A stretch of DNA of 38,004 nucleotides. It comes from a virus. Its lineage: Duplodnaviria > Caudoviricetes. Where the stretch lies: IMG/VR virus record IMGVR_UViG_3300043372_000085, positions 1-38,004 of that record; one strand, 5' to 3'. A model generated the notes under the pieces. The model saw only the letters and a program-made list of their open reading frames with translations. It was not told the DNA's origin and did not search any database. Of the stretch, positions 8,786 through 17,305 are shown one piece after another. A program made the translations under genes and the position numbers. Numbering within the stretch: position 1 is the stretch's first letter; each line of letters begins with the position of its first letter.

Positions 8786-10867
8786 TCAAAAGAGGATATT
8801 ACTGAAAGTGTTGAAGCTACCGGTAGACGAGTTCCCTAACGAATAATTTGCGCCATAGCCAGAGGTATAAACTTTACCGTCGGACATTAGTACCCGAGGA
8901 TTAGTGGTAGTAGCGTCGCTACCCACACGAATATCTACAATAGACGATGTCCCTGGGTTTAGATACAAAGCCGTCCAAGTATTAACTTGAGTACTCGACC
9001 CGATAGCAAGTTGCCCGTATGGGTTATACCCAGCTCCGTATAGAACACCATTTGCCCCTAAAACATAACTAGTCAGATAATCAGCACCCCCAGCTAATAC
9101 TACTTTTGTTGCGGTAGTACCTATAACGGCAGGGTCCCATACTTTGGTCAAAGTCGGATTGGTCGAAGCTGTCCCACCGCCCGAACCGGGAGCACCGAAA
9201 TTACCGTAAGCGTTAAATCCAGCAGCCCACAGAGATCCGTCAGTCTTCTTTATAAAGATGGCCCCATATGATCCGGTTCCCGTTGGGACATAAATATCAG
9301 CGGCTCCGCTCGACATTACTTCGACGGCGAACTTAACTGCTTTTGAATCAGTGCTCGTAGTAGTGCCATCTCCCAATTGACCATAACCATTGTAACCTGC
9401 CGTAAATACTTTACCCTGATCTGTTAAAAGAACTGAGTACCCATAACTACCATACCCAGACCCGATAGCTTTAATTACTTTACCTTCCGCTCCAACCCCA
9501 ATAGCCGTACCAGCGGATTTGAAATAAAAACCAAGAGTAGTTCGTGCGGTAGCATTCCCTTGGCTCAGTTGTCCGTAGCCGTTATACCCAGAGCATAACA
9601 CACGACCTGTGATAGCTTCGATAAGCAGAGAAGACGCGTAGGTAGATCCCCAAGTAAAAGCATCAGAAAAATCAAATCCGGGCCCAACAGCGACCGGAGA
9701 AAGTTGGCTAGCAATACCAGCCCCCAGTTGAGTTTGGTTATTGTATCCCCACCCATAAGCTTTTTTATTTGCCGTTATCGCAATAACTGTTGTGGCATCG
9801 GCATATGGGTCAACAGTTAAATACGTTACTGGTTTGTTGCCAAAATTCGCTTGGGAAAGTGCAGCAAACAGTACGACATCTCCGGTGCTACCGGAACCAA
9901 CAGCTCCGTTAGCCCCGTAACCAGCAGTCCAAACTCTACCCAGAGTATCGATAACATACGTATTTATGCTTGATTGGATAACCCTATACGGAACAACATT
10001 CGCACTCGGGTTAGTAATAAAACCGCATTCCATAGGGAGATGGCAGTTTACATTGGTAGATCCGATAGCAAGTTTATACGAGCGATTGTACCCGACTGCT
10101 TTTACTTTTTTGTCAGCAGTAATAAAAAATCCAGCTTGCTCCGACCCAATTCCTAAATTTTTATCCCCCTCGGTAGAAAGACCAGAGGTAATAGAGTATG
10201 CGTATGCCAAAGCTGTAGTTCCAGATGCTGGGGCGGCAATAGTAACCGTGGGGTTAGTTGTGTAACCAGAACCAGCTAGAGTAACCGTGACGGAAGCTAC
10301 TGATTGGTTGGGTGCAACCCCAGACATAACGGCTGTAGCTGTTGCATTATCGCCAGTAGGAGAGGCTGGGATTGTCACGCTTGGGGCGGAGGAATATCCA
10401 GAACCAGCTTCGTACACAACGATGTTCTCAACCGACCCAGAAGTAATAACTGACCCACCGGGCCGTGCCGTCCCAGCCGACTGTAAATAAATTTTTTCAG
10501 CGGTATTAAACTTGGAAATAGAAAGGGAGCCGGCAGCTAACTTTGGGCCAGTGACCGACCCGTCTACTAGTTCGGCAGTGTTCACGGAATCATTCGCCAT
10601 TTTTGCAATGGTAACAGCATCGTCTTGAATGTGATCTGTTCCAACCGCCCGAAGTAAATTGTTAACCGAGCTAGAACTTAATTTTACAGCGGTAACTGCG
10701 TTGTTCCCCAATAAAAGTTCTGTAATCGTCCCAACGCCAGGCAAAAACAATCCAGAACTCTGAGCCGTGTTAAAGGTAACCCTTTTCGTTACAGCACCTT
10801 GTACAATCGGAAACTCGTCAGAAAGGGCTGCCGAAGTAGCATTAGGTAGGGCAGAAATTCTAGGCAT
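8786..10867 (-). CDS. Tail fibre/receptor-binding protein with RCC1-like beta-propeller
   Basis: N-terminal RISALP..., AVTxxKL shaft repeats, two GSGY(S/T)xxPxVTI repeats, about seven GYNxxGQLG-type RCC1 repeats. Confidence 0.8.
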   Translation of the reverse strand: MPRISALPNATSAALSDEFPIVQGAVTKRVTFNTAQSSGLFLPGVGTITELLLGNNAVTAVKLSSSSVNNLLRAVGTDHIQDDAVTIAKMANDSVNTAELVDGSVTGPKLAAGSLSISKFNTAEKIYLQSAGTARPGGSVITSGSVENIVVYEAGSGYSSAPSVTIPASPTGDNATATAVMSGVAPNQSVASVTVTLAGSGYTTNPTVTIAAPASGTTALAYAYSITSGLSTEGDKNLGIGSEQAGFFITADKKVKAVGYNRSYKLAIGSTNVNCHLPMECGFITNPSANVVPYRVIQSSINTYVIDTLGRVWTAGYGANGAVGSGSTGDVVLFAALSQANFGNKPVTYLTVDPYADATTVIAITANKKAYGWGYNNQTQLGAGIASQLSPVAVGPGFDFSDAFTWGSTYASSLLIEAITGRVLCSGYNGYGQLSQGNATARTTLGFYFKSAGTAIGVGAEGKVIKAIGSGYGSYGYSVLLTDQGKVFTAGYNGYGQLGDGTTTSTDSKAVKFAVEVMSSGAADIYVPTGTGSYGAIFIKKTDGSLWAAGFNAYGNFGAPGSGGGTASTNPTLTKVWDPAVIGTTATKVVLAGGADYLTSYVLGANGVLYGAGYNPYGQLAIGSSTQVNTWTALYLNPGTSSIVDIRVGSDATTTNPRVLMSDGKVYTSGYGANYSLGNSSTGSFNTFSNILF

Positions 10868-10899
10868 TGAAATTTATATCCAATGTTGGCTCTTAGAAG

Positions 10900-11040
10900 T
10901 CAAGTCGATATCACCACATCTGTCTCTGTAAGAATGTTTTGGTCAAGTTCAGTTAACAGTGGCTGGCTTGTCAAAATAGGGGGGACGGAATTCCCCAAGG
11001 GACAGCAAATCAATTGTGCGCATGCGGCTTCGTCGGGCAT
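10900..11040 (-). CDS. Small Cys-rich hypothetical virion protein (46 aa)
   Basis: Hand-translated MPDEAACAQLICCPLGNSVPPILTSQPLLTELDQNILTETDVVIST*; ATG 1 nt after the nozzle stop; fills the gap; LLTE..ILTE motif as seen near fibre genes. Confidence 0.6.
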   Translation of the reverse strand: MPDEAACAQLICCPLGNSVPPILTSQPLLTELDQNILTETDVVIST

Positions 11041-11041
11041 A

Positions 11042-13585
11042 TTATAATACCTGTACGTTGTCGGTTCCTTGGTACTGTTCTAACATTCTTTGACCGAGTA
11101 TAAGAATTCGGTTCATCTCGAAATGACCAGTAAATTCTAAACGAAGTTGAAAATCATTCCCGTAAATGAATGGGCGAGAAATAATAGGATCTGATTCTTC
11201 TGACGGTGTGGGCATTCGAATCTGAGGTCTATACTGGGGTTGCAAATTTTTAAGCGTAAAGTTGCTTAAACAGGCTTCTTCGCCAGCAGATTTGACTGGA
11301 ACAAGTGTGTACTGCGCAAACTCAGAAGTAAGAGTTTCAGTAATAACAAATTCGTAATCTGGGAAAGTACCAGATCGTGTAACACTAATGGCTGGAAAGC
11401 CCCCCGTGGTTAGAGCTACAAGTATTTCGTTTTCTTGGAAGCTTGCGTCTGGGTCTTCACCATACGTAATAGGACCGGAAACTAAACCGGCCCTTGTGAG
11501 ACGATACCTAAACGTGTCTGGGCTTTCGACCGGAAGGAGAACTTTAGTAAAAGAAAGTTTAGTCGTTCCAGCCCCTGCCGAAACAATTGAAGTTGAAGCT
11601 CCAGATTCAATACAGTTATCAGTAGTGGCGCAACGAGTAAAGGAGTGCCACTCCCGCCAACACGGGTATTGATCTGGTCTCCAATAAACGTTTGCGTCTA
11701 GGGTTCCCCTCAAATTAGATAGCCAGAAATCAGCACGAATCATTCGTTTCTGCTCTAGGGGGCTTCCGAATGAAAACGCTTTTGTTTCCAATATGGAATT
11801 AATTCTTTGAGGGCTAACGCCCGAAGGATAATCGTAAATATCATTAGTAGTCAATTCCCATAAACCGTTGATTCCTCCGTTAGCATTATCGTATGCGAAT
11901 ACGTAAGCTTTGGGTTGATTACCAACAATACCAGATATAAGTTGGAGGAAGGCTAATCCTCCCCACATCCCATCGTAGCTCGCCAATCTTTTTGCGCCAG
12001 CCGTAGATAAAGTTGTAAAATCTAAAACAATGAGTTTAGAGAATGTTACAGGCTTTTTAACCGCCGACGTGTTAGAAACACCAGTATAAGATACTGTAGG
12101 GGACGCCGTGAATAAAAGACGATTATCAAAAATAATGGCGCTTACTTGATCTAACAAATTAGGGGAATCGTAATTTAAAACAGAATTCATTTCTGCCGAC
12201 ATGGGTACTTGCCCGTACGTATTTAACTCGGCCCTAGCATTTCTATAGGTACGCAACCCGTCAAAGGCTCGAAAGAATACGTCTCCGTTATTTGTCGTTA
12301 TCGCTTTGTACCCAGTAGCCCCTATATTTGGAAACGCAATACGTTGAAAACCGGGAGTAGATACCCAGCTTACTCTTGGCACAGACACGGCAAAAGAAGC
12401 AGTTCCGCGTTCGCAGAACACAAGAAGATCTCCCTGACCCGTTCCAGTATCTTGTACGGGAACAAAGACAAGACCGTTTATTTTTCCCATTAACGCTGGA
12501 ACTTGCAGAGTACCCCCCTCGGAAAGATATGTTGTCTCCGTAAAACGAAGAAGATCAGATTCGGAACCCGCGTTTGCTCTAGCCACATAACCGCCAGTTC
12601 CGGATGTGGCCGACGACGGGCTAGCGACATCAATCACAATAGTCGACCCCGTTGTTCCAGTTCCGCACTCCCAAGTTCCGTTTACCCCGTTACTTGAGGA
12701 ATGACCAGAGATAGTAATTATATCTCCTAGTAAATACCCATGAGGAGTAGCGGTAGTGATAGAGTACGTTGCCGCAGCAAGAGTGCCAACACCGGAAGTT
12801 ATACTGACTTGGTCGGTACTCCCGCCGAATACCAAATCTCCTGCTGTGATTTCTGTACGATCTATGTTGGCAACAAAAAGTCTTCCTTGACCGTAAGCCA
12901 TAACAGTTCCGGAACCAATTGTATGGAGTTGCGATATATTCCCAGTTGAACCTGAAGGACCCACACCAGAAACCCAAAGATCATCGCCATCCCAAATTAA
13001 AGGTGTATTCTTACCATTTTGAATCACAATATACTTTTCAGCCTGAACAAAGTAACAATTTTCTACTCGGTCTATCTGGGGATCTGTAGCATAAACTGTT
13101 CCGGTTCCGATTGTGGACGATATGGCGGTAAACGATGTCCCAACAGAATTGCTAGAAGCGCCGGCCAAAGTAAAATTAGAGGTCCCGATAGATTTAATAG
13201 TGTAATTTCTGCCGACTAGGATATCTCCAGCACCAAAAACAGGATATATGGAAGTAACTAATAAAGTTCCAAGATCTATTCGGATTACATTCCCACCAGT
13301 TACCGCTATGATGCTGGAGTTATAATTTTGTCGTCTCTCTAAATAGAAATGAGAACCTTGGAAATAACTATTAACAAAAAGATTTAAACCGGGGTCGGAA
13401 GCTGGGGAAGATAGGGGAACTTGCCTAAACCCCGGACGAGTAGAAGGCCGGCCACCCCTAAAGGTAATATTAACTGCCGTAGCTACCGTGTTAGCTGGTA
13501 TCAGAGTAGGAGAAAGACTTGCATCCATACCCCCCGAAAAATCCTGTTGCCCCTCGAGAAGCAACGTAGTATCAGCAATAGCCAT
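11042..13585 (-). CDS. Tail tubular protein B/nozzle (stabilisation protein-like) with inserted beta domains
   Basis: 847 aa; N-terminal DFSGGMD...NITFRGGRPSTRPG, beta-propeller-like composition, inserted ITTATPHGYLLGDIITISG (FCCH-like) module, C-terminal FQLRLEFTG. Confidence 0.75.
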   Translation of the reverse strand: MAIADTTLLLEGQQDFSGGMDASLSPTLIPANTVATAVNITFRGGRPSTRPGFRQVPLSSPASDPGLNLFVNSYFQGSHFYLERRQNYNSSIIAVTGGNVIRIDLGTLLVTSIYPVFGAGDILVGRNYTIKSIGTSNFTLAGASSNSVGTSFTAISSTIGTGTVYATDPQIDRVENCYFVQAEKYIVIQNGKNTPLIWDGDDLWVSGVGPSGSTGNISQLHTIGSGTVMAYGQGRLFVANIDRTEITAGDLVFGGSTDQVSITSGVGTLAAATYSITTATPHGYLLGDIITISGHSSSNGVNGTWECGTGTTGSTIVIDVASPSSATSGTGGYVARANAGSESDLLRFTETTYLSEGGTLQVPALMGKINGLVFVPVQDTGTGQGDLLVFCERGTASFAVSVPRVSWVSTPGFQRIAFPNIGATGYKAITTNNGDVFFRAFDGLRTYRNARAELNTYGQVPMSAEMNSVLNYDSPNLLDQVSAIIFDNRLLFTASPTVSYTGVSNTSAVKKPVTFSKLIVLDFTTLSTAGAKRLASYDGMWGGLAFLQLISGIVGNQPKAYVFAYDNANGGINGLWELTTNDIYDYPSGVSPQRINSILETKAFSFGSPLEQKRMIRADFWLSNLRGTLDANVYWRPDQYPCWREWHSFTRCATTDNCIESGASTSIVSAGAGTTKLSFTKVLLPVESPDTFRYRLTRAGLVSGPITYGEDPDASFQENEILVALTTGGFPAISVTRSGTFPDYEFVITETLTSEFAQYTLVPVKSAGEEACLSNFTLKNLQPQYRPQIRMPTPSEESDPIISRPFIYGNDFQLRLEFTGHFEMNRILILGQRMLEQYQGTDNVQVL

Positions 13586-13592
13586 AGCGTCG

Positions 13593-13621
13593 TATGTATC
13601 CTATTCCAAGTTGGTCGGCAA
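13593..13621 (-). promoter_or_regulatory. Putative promoter TTGCCG-N17-TACATA, 7 nt before ATG 13585
   Basis: Same geometry as the 3523-3551 element; begins directly after the upstream TAG. Confidence 0.4.
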
Positions 13622-14035
13622 CTACTGCTTTAGGGATCCCCAGTTGTCCCTCCAATGGGAATTGGGAGCAATATAGATTGATTTTGTCTTAGGCAAACGG
13701 ATCCGAGGTACCACAAAAAGGGCGTCTAGGGGGATATGGTAGAAGATAAAGGCATCGCAATCAGTCTTAGCGTACACCTCTTTTGTTTTGTAATGCTTGA
13801 GGGAGGATCCTACTCCGTATCCTGGACCACGTACTGCAAAGAATTTAAGCTTTGAGCGCCCCTCCATACCCTTCTGTCCGGTGGTACTTTTAACTTGTAC
13901 CCGTTGTAGCTTCCCCTTCCAGTCGCTAATCAAATCGTAACCCTCGTCGAAAACCGGAAGACACACTAGAAACCCATGTTCCAATAACTTAGCGGATACT
14001 TTTTGTACCCCTATAGCGCCTATCCTTAAACTCAT
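13622..14035 (-). CDS. Free-standing PD-(D/E)XK endonuclease (group I intron-associated/homing-type family)
   Basis: GxIG..V.A.LL..G..V..P..D.GYDLI.D..G.L.RVQVKS pattern and late DAFIFY; start set at ATG 14035 (ATGA overlap with endolysin stop). Confidence 0.8.
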   Translation of the reverse strand: MSLRIGAIGVQKVSAKLLEHGFLVCLPVFDEGYDLISDWKGKLQRVQVKSTTGQKGMEGRSKLKFFAVRGPGYGVGSSLKHYKTKEVYAKTDCDAFIFYHIPLDALFVVPRIRLPKTKSIYIAPNSHWRDNWGSLKQ

Positions 14036-14589
14036 AGCCAATCCTTTCCGAGAATCGAGCTCAAGAGACGACGTCTGCGGTAGACACCATCTCCGTCTCG
14101 ACTCCCTCCGTTATTGGTATTTCCTTCAATAGTTACGGCAAAATCACCAGTAACTTTTTCTACCAACCCTGTGTGACCGACTCTTTTGAGTTTCTGAAAA
14201 TAGACCCCGAAGGTATCCGCTTCGGTGGGTAATCGACCACGGCCCCGATTCCAAGTTGGGTTCCTGACGAAATCTGGAGACCACGCACTTCTCGGGTAGG
14301 GATTATGATCTCGCCCGAGGGCAGAGTCGCCAACCCAGACGACGTAGGCTGCGCACCACGGGGCGCCCGTCCCTTCGAGCCCGACGCTTTTGAGAATTTC
14401 TTCAACTTCTTCCCCATCGTTTTTTCCAGTTGCCTCTTTGATTCCGATTGTTGACCGCGCAAATGATATGATTTTTCCGCGAGTAGAATCTTTCGGGTCA
14501 GGACTTCCCATTGCAAGTCCCCCAGAGAGAAGCAATGCCGTAAGACAAATAATAGGATAGGCCGAAACATTCAGGATCCTCTGGTACAT
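14032..14589 (-). CDS. Endolysin, CHAP/NlpC-P60-like Cys-His peptidase with N-terminal hydrophobic signal
   Basis: PWCAAYV, GHTGLV, TIEGNT motifs; adjacent to holin-like gene. Confidence 0.85.
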   Translation of the reverse strand: MYQRILNVSAYPIICLTALLLSGGLAMGSPDPKDSTRGKIISFARSTIGIKEATGKNDGEEVEEILKSVGLEGTGAPWCAAYVVWVGDSALGRDHNPYPRSAWSPDFVRNPTWNRGRGRLPTEADTFGVYFQKLKRVGHTGLVEKVTGDFAVTIEGNTNNGGSRDGDGVYRRRRLLSSILGKDWL

Positions 14590-14918
14590 AAGGCGAATGT
14601 AACCAAAAGCCCTATAAAGAGATAGACCAAGAGCTTCGCTTTCGTCTCTGGGTGAAGGGTAAGGAAATCATCCGCAAAAGCCTCGGTATCCAGATACTTG
14701 TCAAAAGGAGCCCAATCAAAAGAAATGACTAGCCAAACAACAAATACCCCGAGCAAGAACTTGACTGTACCAAACACAAGCAGATGTAGGGCTCCGATGT
14801 CTATAACCCCCGCTGTGGGGTCTATATGCTGAAGTAGGGGTCCGAGCCCGAAGAACAGCCCAAGGGCTCCCAAAAGGGCTATTAGGCCCTGTACGTTGGT
14901 CTTAAGGAAGTTCACCAA
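14571..14918 (-). CDS. Putative holin (multi-pass membrane protein)
   Basis: 115 aa with three hydrophobic segments, overlaps the endolysin start. Confidence 0.6.
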   Translation of the reverse strand: MVNFLKTNVQGLIALLGALGLFFGLGPLLQHIDPTAGVIDIGALHLLVFGTVKFLLGVFVVWLVISFDWAPFDKYLDTEAFADDFLTLHPETKAKLLVYLFIGLLVTFALCTRGS

Positions 14919-15298
14919 GGAACTCCCACAAACTTCCTAGCTACGAACATGATACCACCGAAGATAAAGCCCCTAAAGATCCATAGCCCCAAAGCGATAA
15001 GAGCACCACGATAGATCCATAATTCCTTCAAGGCTTTCCTCTGCTTAGCCTTCCAGTCGTTGGCTTCTTTAGTCATCCGTTCATAATCCCCAGCTTGAGC
15101 TTCACAGGCGGCTTGGGCGGAGGAGAGTTGGGACTTCAGACTGCCGAACTCTTTCTTGATGGTAGGCAGGTCGCCGGAATTAACCGCTTGTTCGACGGCA
15201 TCGACCTTGCGAGTAACCCCACCGAACTCTGGGGAACCAACTGGTTTAATGGTTGAGCAACCTGCCAATAGCAGTAACGGGAGGATTAATAGTTTCAT
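14912..15298 (-). CDS. Lipoprotein with C-terminal membrane anchor; candidate unimolecular spanin
   Basis: Start reassigned to ATG 15298: MKLLILPLLLLAG-C lipobox, coiled-coil middle, hydrophobic C-terminus; in lysis cluster. Confidence 0.65.
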   Translation of the reverse strand: MKLLILPLLLLAGCSTIKPVGSPEFGGVTRKVDAVEQAVNSGDLPTIKKEFGSLKSQLSSAQAACEAQAGDYERMTKEANDWKAKQRKALKELWIYRGALIALGLWIFRGFIFGGIMFVARKFVGVPW

Positions 15299-15326
15299 GG
15301 GCTTAATATAGCTCCATGCGTAAGAA

Positions 15327-15524
15327 TTACGAACCAAAAATATGCTTTCTTATTACTGGGCCAAACCAAGAAATGGAAGCGATAAGAGCTCCGATAATAG
15401 CTGATTGTTTCCACCAAGCTTTTTCTACGGAACGAATACGACTCTCGTGATCTCCTAAATGGGCTAGGGCAGTATCAAGCTTCGTTTCGATACGAGCCAG
15501 CCTTTCGTTATCCTTGGGTGCCAT
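15327..15524 (-). CDS. Small coiled-coil plus TM protein (XhlA/holin-like)
   Basis: ERLARIETKLD...HESRIRSVEK followed by one hydrophobic helix; first gene of lysis cluster. Confidence 0.65.
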   Translation of the reverse strand: MAPKDNERLARIETKLDTALAHLGDHESRIRSVEKAWWKQSAIIGALIASISWFGPVIRKHIFGS

Positions 15525-15533
15525 ATACTTACC

Positions 15534-15659
15534 TTACACGTTTTCCGCGATTTTTACAAACCATTCGTCGTTCTCATTTTGGTATATAGTTATAAAGCCT
15601 TCGTCGCAGAGATAAGATATACAGGCTAAGAGATCTTCTTCTGTGGGGGTTGGGTTCAT
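15534..15659 (-). CDS. Small acidic hypothetical protein (41 aa)
   Basis: Hand-translated MNPTPTEEDLLACISYLCDEGFITIYQNENDEWFVKIAENV*; fills gap in same orientation. Confidence 0.55.
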   Translation of the reverse strand: MNPTPTEEDLLACISYLCDEGFITIYQNENDEWFVKIAENV

Positions 15660-15660
15660 T

Positions 15661-15702
15661 TTAAGAGAATACAACATAGGGGTCTAGTCCTAGTTTTGGC
15701 AT
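15661..15702 (-). pseudogene. Vestigial third MPKLGL paralogue (13 aa)
   Basis: TAA-TAT-ATG CCA AAA CTA GGA CTA G matches the start of the 16851 gene (TAT ATG CCA AAC CTA GGA CTA G), then stops: MPKLGLDPYVVFS*. Confidence 0.65.
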
Positions 15703-15705
15703 ATA

Positions 15706-16851
15706 TTACCCGCCAGAAGTAGTAATTGTCGGGGCAGGGGCCGGACCAGAAACATTAACAATGTTTGATATTGTAGGGGTCGGACGAACACCAGTTGCAG
15801 TCATGGCTACAACACTTCCACCCGTTGCAGTTCCAGTTTGCCCCGCATTCTTTGTCCATGTGCCTACTGGTGAAGTACCAGATTTAGACAATATTGTACC
15901 TACACTTGGAAGCTCATATATTGTCCATGTGCCAGCGGATACATCATACGTACAAAAAATGTCTAAATTACTTGTATGTGAGAAAGTCCATTCGTTGACT
16001 CCATCTGTACTTCTTTGGGTAAATATATAAGTTCCGTTTCCAGATCCCCCCGTTAAACCTGAAATTGTAAATTGTGCGCACGGAGCGGTAGATGTCCAAT
16101 TAAAACCCCCATCAGCCGTGCTCATAATTGTGTCGAGAAAGGGGCCATTAGAATACACTATTTCAGTTCCATAATTTCTAACGGAATAACTACCCGGGCC
16201 TTGCAAAATTGAACCCCCATTCTCTTGGATAGTTCCGGTATAAGTGTAAACTCCGCTTCCTACCCCTGCTGCCCCAGTAATAGTAATTTTAGCCGCAGTG
16301 CCGTAATTCCAACCGCCAGTTGTTATAATTTGTGAATTTAAATAGTGCGTTACAAAGGAATTAGTAGCGTCCCAAATGTACCAAGCTGGGTCGTTTAGGG
16401 GGAAAGTAATATCATTGGAACCAGCTTTACTAAAAGAAGTGCTTAACCCAGTTGTTCTTGAATAGTTCCCGTTAACTGCTGTTTCTAACCCAGAAACTGT
16501 AAATGATTTTGTGGATGTAATCGTGGAAAAAGTTTGAGGAATATTAAAATATGTTACTTCTCCGTATCTTGGGAATCCAGGGTCAGACAAAGAAGAATCA
16601 TACATGTACCAACCCAAGAATGTATTGTACTCGTTGTCGCCCGGCACATTTGATATTGTTTTTGTTCCAGTAACAAATGAAATAAAAGAACCATCTATAT
16701 TTGTTGAATCATCTGGAGCAATGGGCCTTGTGTAAGTGCCATTAGCTACAGCCTGATTAGTCAAAACAGCTTCATTTGTATAGGGATAACCAGGGCCAGA
16801 ATTAATAACCCCAGTCTGCGGTAATAATAAGCCTAGTCCTAGGTTTGGCAT
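15706..16851 (-). CDS. Putative virion surface/fibre protein, MPNLGLGL N-terminus, repeated beta modules
   Basis: Start reassigned to ATG 16851, 4 nt after the upstream stop; Thr/Gly/aromatic rich; recurring (N/S)GxY modules. Confidence 0.7.
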   Translation of the reverse strand: MPNLGLGLLLPQTGVINSGPGYPYTNEAVLTNQAVANGTYTRPIAPDDSTNIDGSFISFVTGTKTISNVPGDNEYNTFLGWYMYDSSLSDPGFPRYGEVTYFNIPQTFSTITSTKSFTVSGLETAVNGNYSRTTGLSTSFSKAGSNDITFPLNDPAWYIWDATNSFVTHYLNSQIITTGGWNYGTAAKITITGAAGVGSGVYTYTGTIQENGGSILQGPGSYSVRNYGTEIVYSNGPFLDTIMSTADGGFNWTSTAPCAQFTISGLTGGSGNGTYIFTQRSTDGVNEWTFSHTSNLDIFCTYDVSAGTWTIYELPSVGTILSKSGTSPVGTWTKNAGQTGTATGGSVVAMTATGVRPTPTISNIVNVSGPAPAPTITTSGG

Positions 16852-16855
16852 ATAA

Positions 16856-17299
16856 TTAAGCGGCGGTGATGGTGATGGCAGATGACCAGCCAGTTGTGGG
16901 GATGTTTGTTGCATCCGTTGATGCGTTTGTGTAAGTTGTCTCGTAATAATACTCACCAGTATCGGTATCAAAGTAAAAAAACAATGCTACCCAATTTGCG
17001 TATGGCGTTCCAAGTATTGTTCCAAAGATGATATGTTGTATTGTGCTGTTTGGTCTTAATAATACACGCGCTTGATCACCGACTACGCGAGCATAAGAAA
17101 CTCCAGCCGACATAAAGGCATCCTCACCAGCACTAAGTAAAACTGTTTCTGATGGAATCTTTTTTGCGTATGTTCCGTTAAAAGTACCAGCATCCCCAAT
17201 TATCACACTTGCCGTACTCGCCACAGGAATCCCGCTGGGTGCGGGTGCACTAACAATTCTAGTATCTGGCAAACTCAAGCCGAGCCCTAGCTTCGGCAT
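16856..17299 (-). CDS. Putative virion surface protein, MPKLGLGL N-terminus
   Basis: 147 aa; shares the N-terminal motif and one AGTFNGTY...PTTGW module with the downstream gene. Confidence 0.7.
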   Translation of the reverse strand: MPKLGLGLSLPDTRIVSAPAPSGIPVASTASVIIGDAGTFNGTYAKKIPSETVLLSAGEDAFMSAGVSYARVVGDQARVLLRPNSTIQHIIFGTILGTPYANWVALFFYFDTDTGEYYYETTYTNASTDATNIPTTGWSSAITITAA

Positions 17300-17305
17300 A
17301 AAAAA

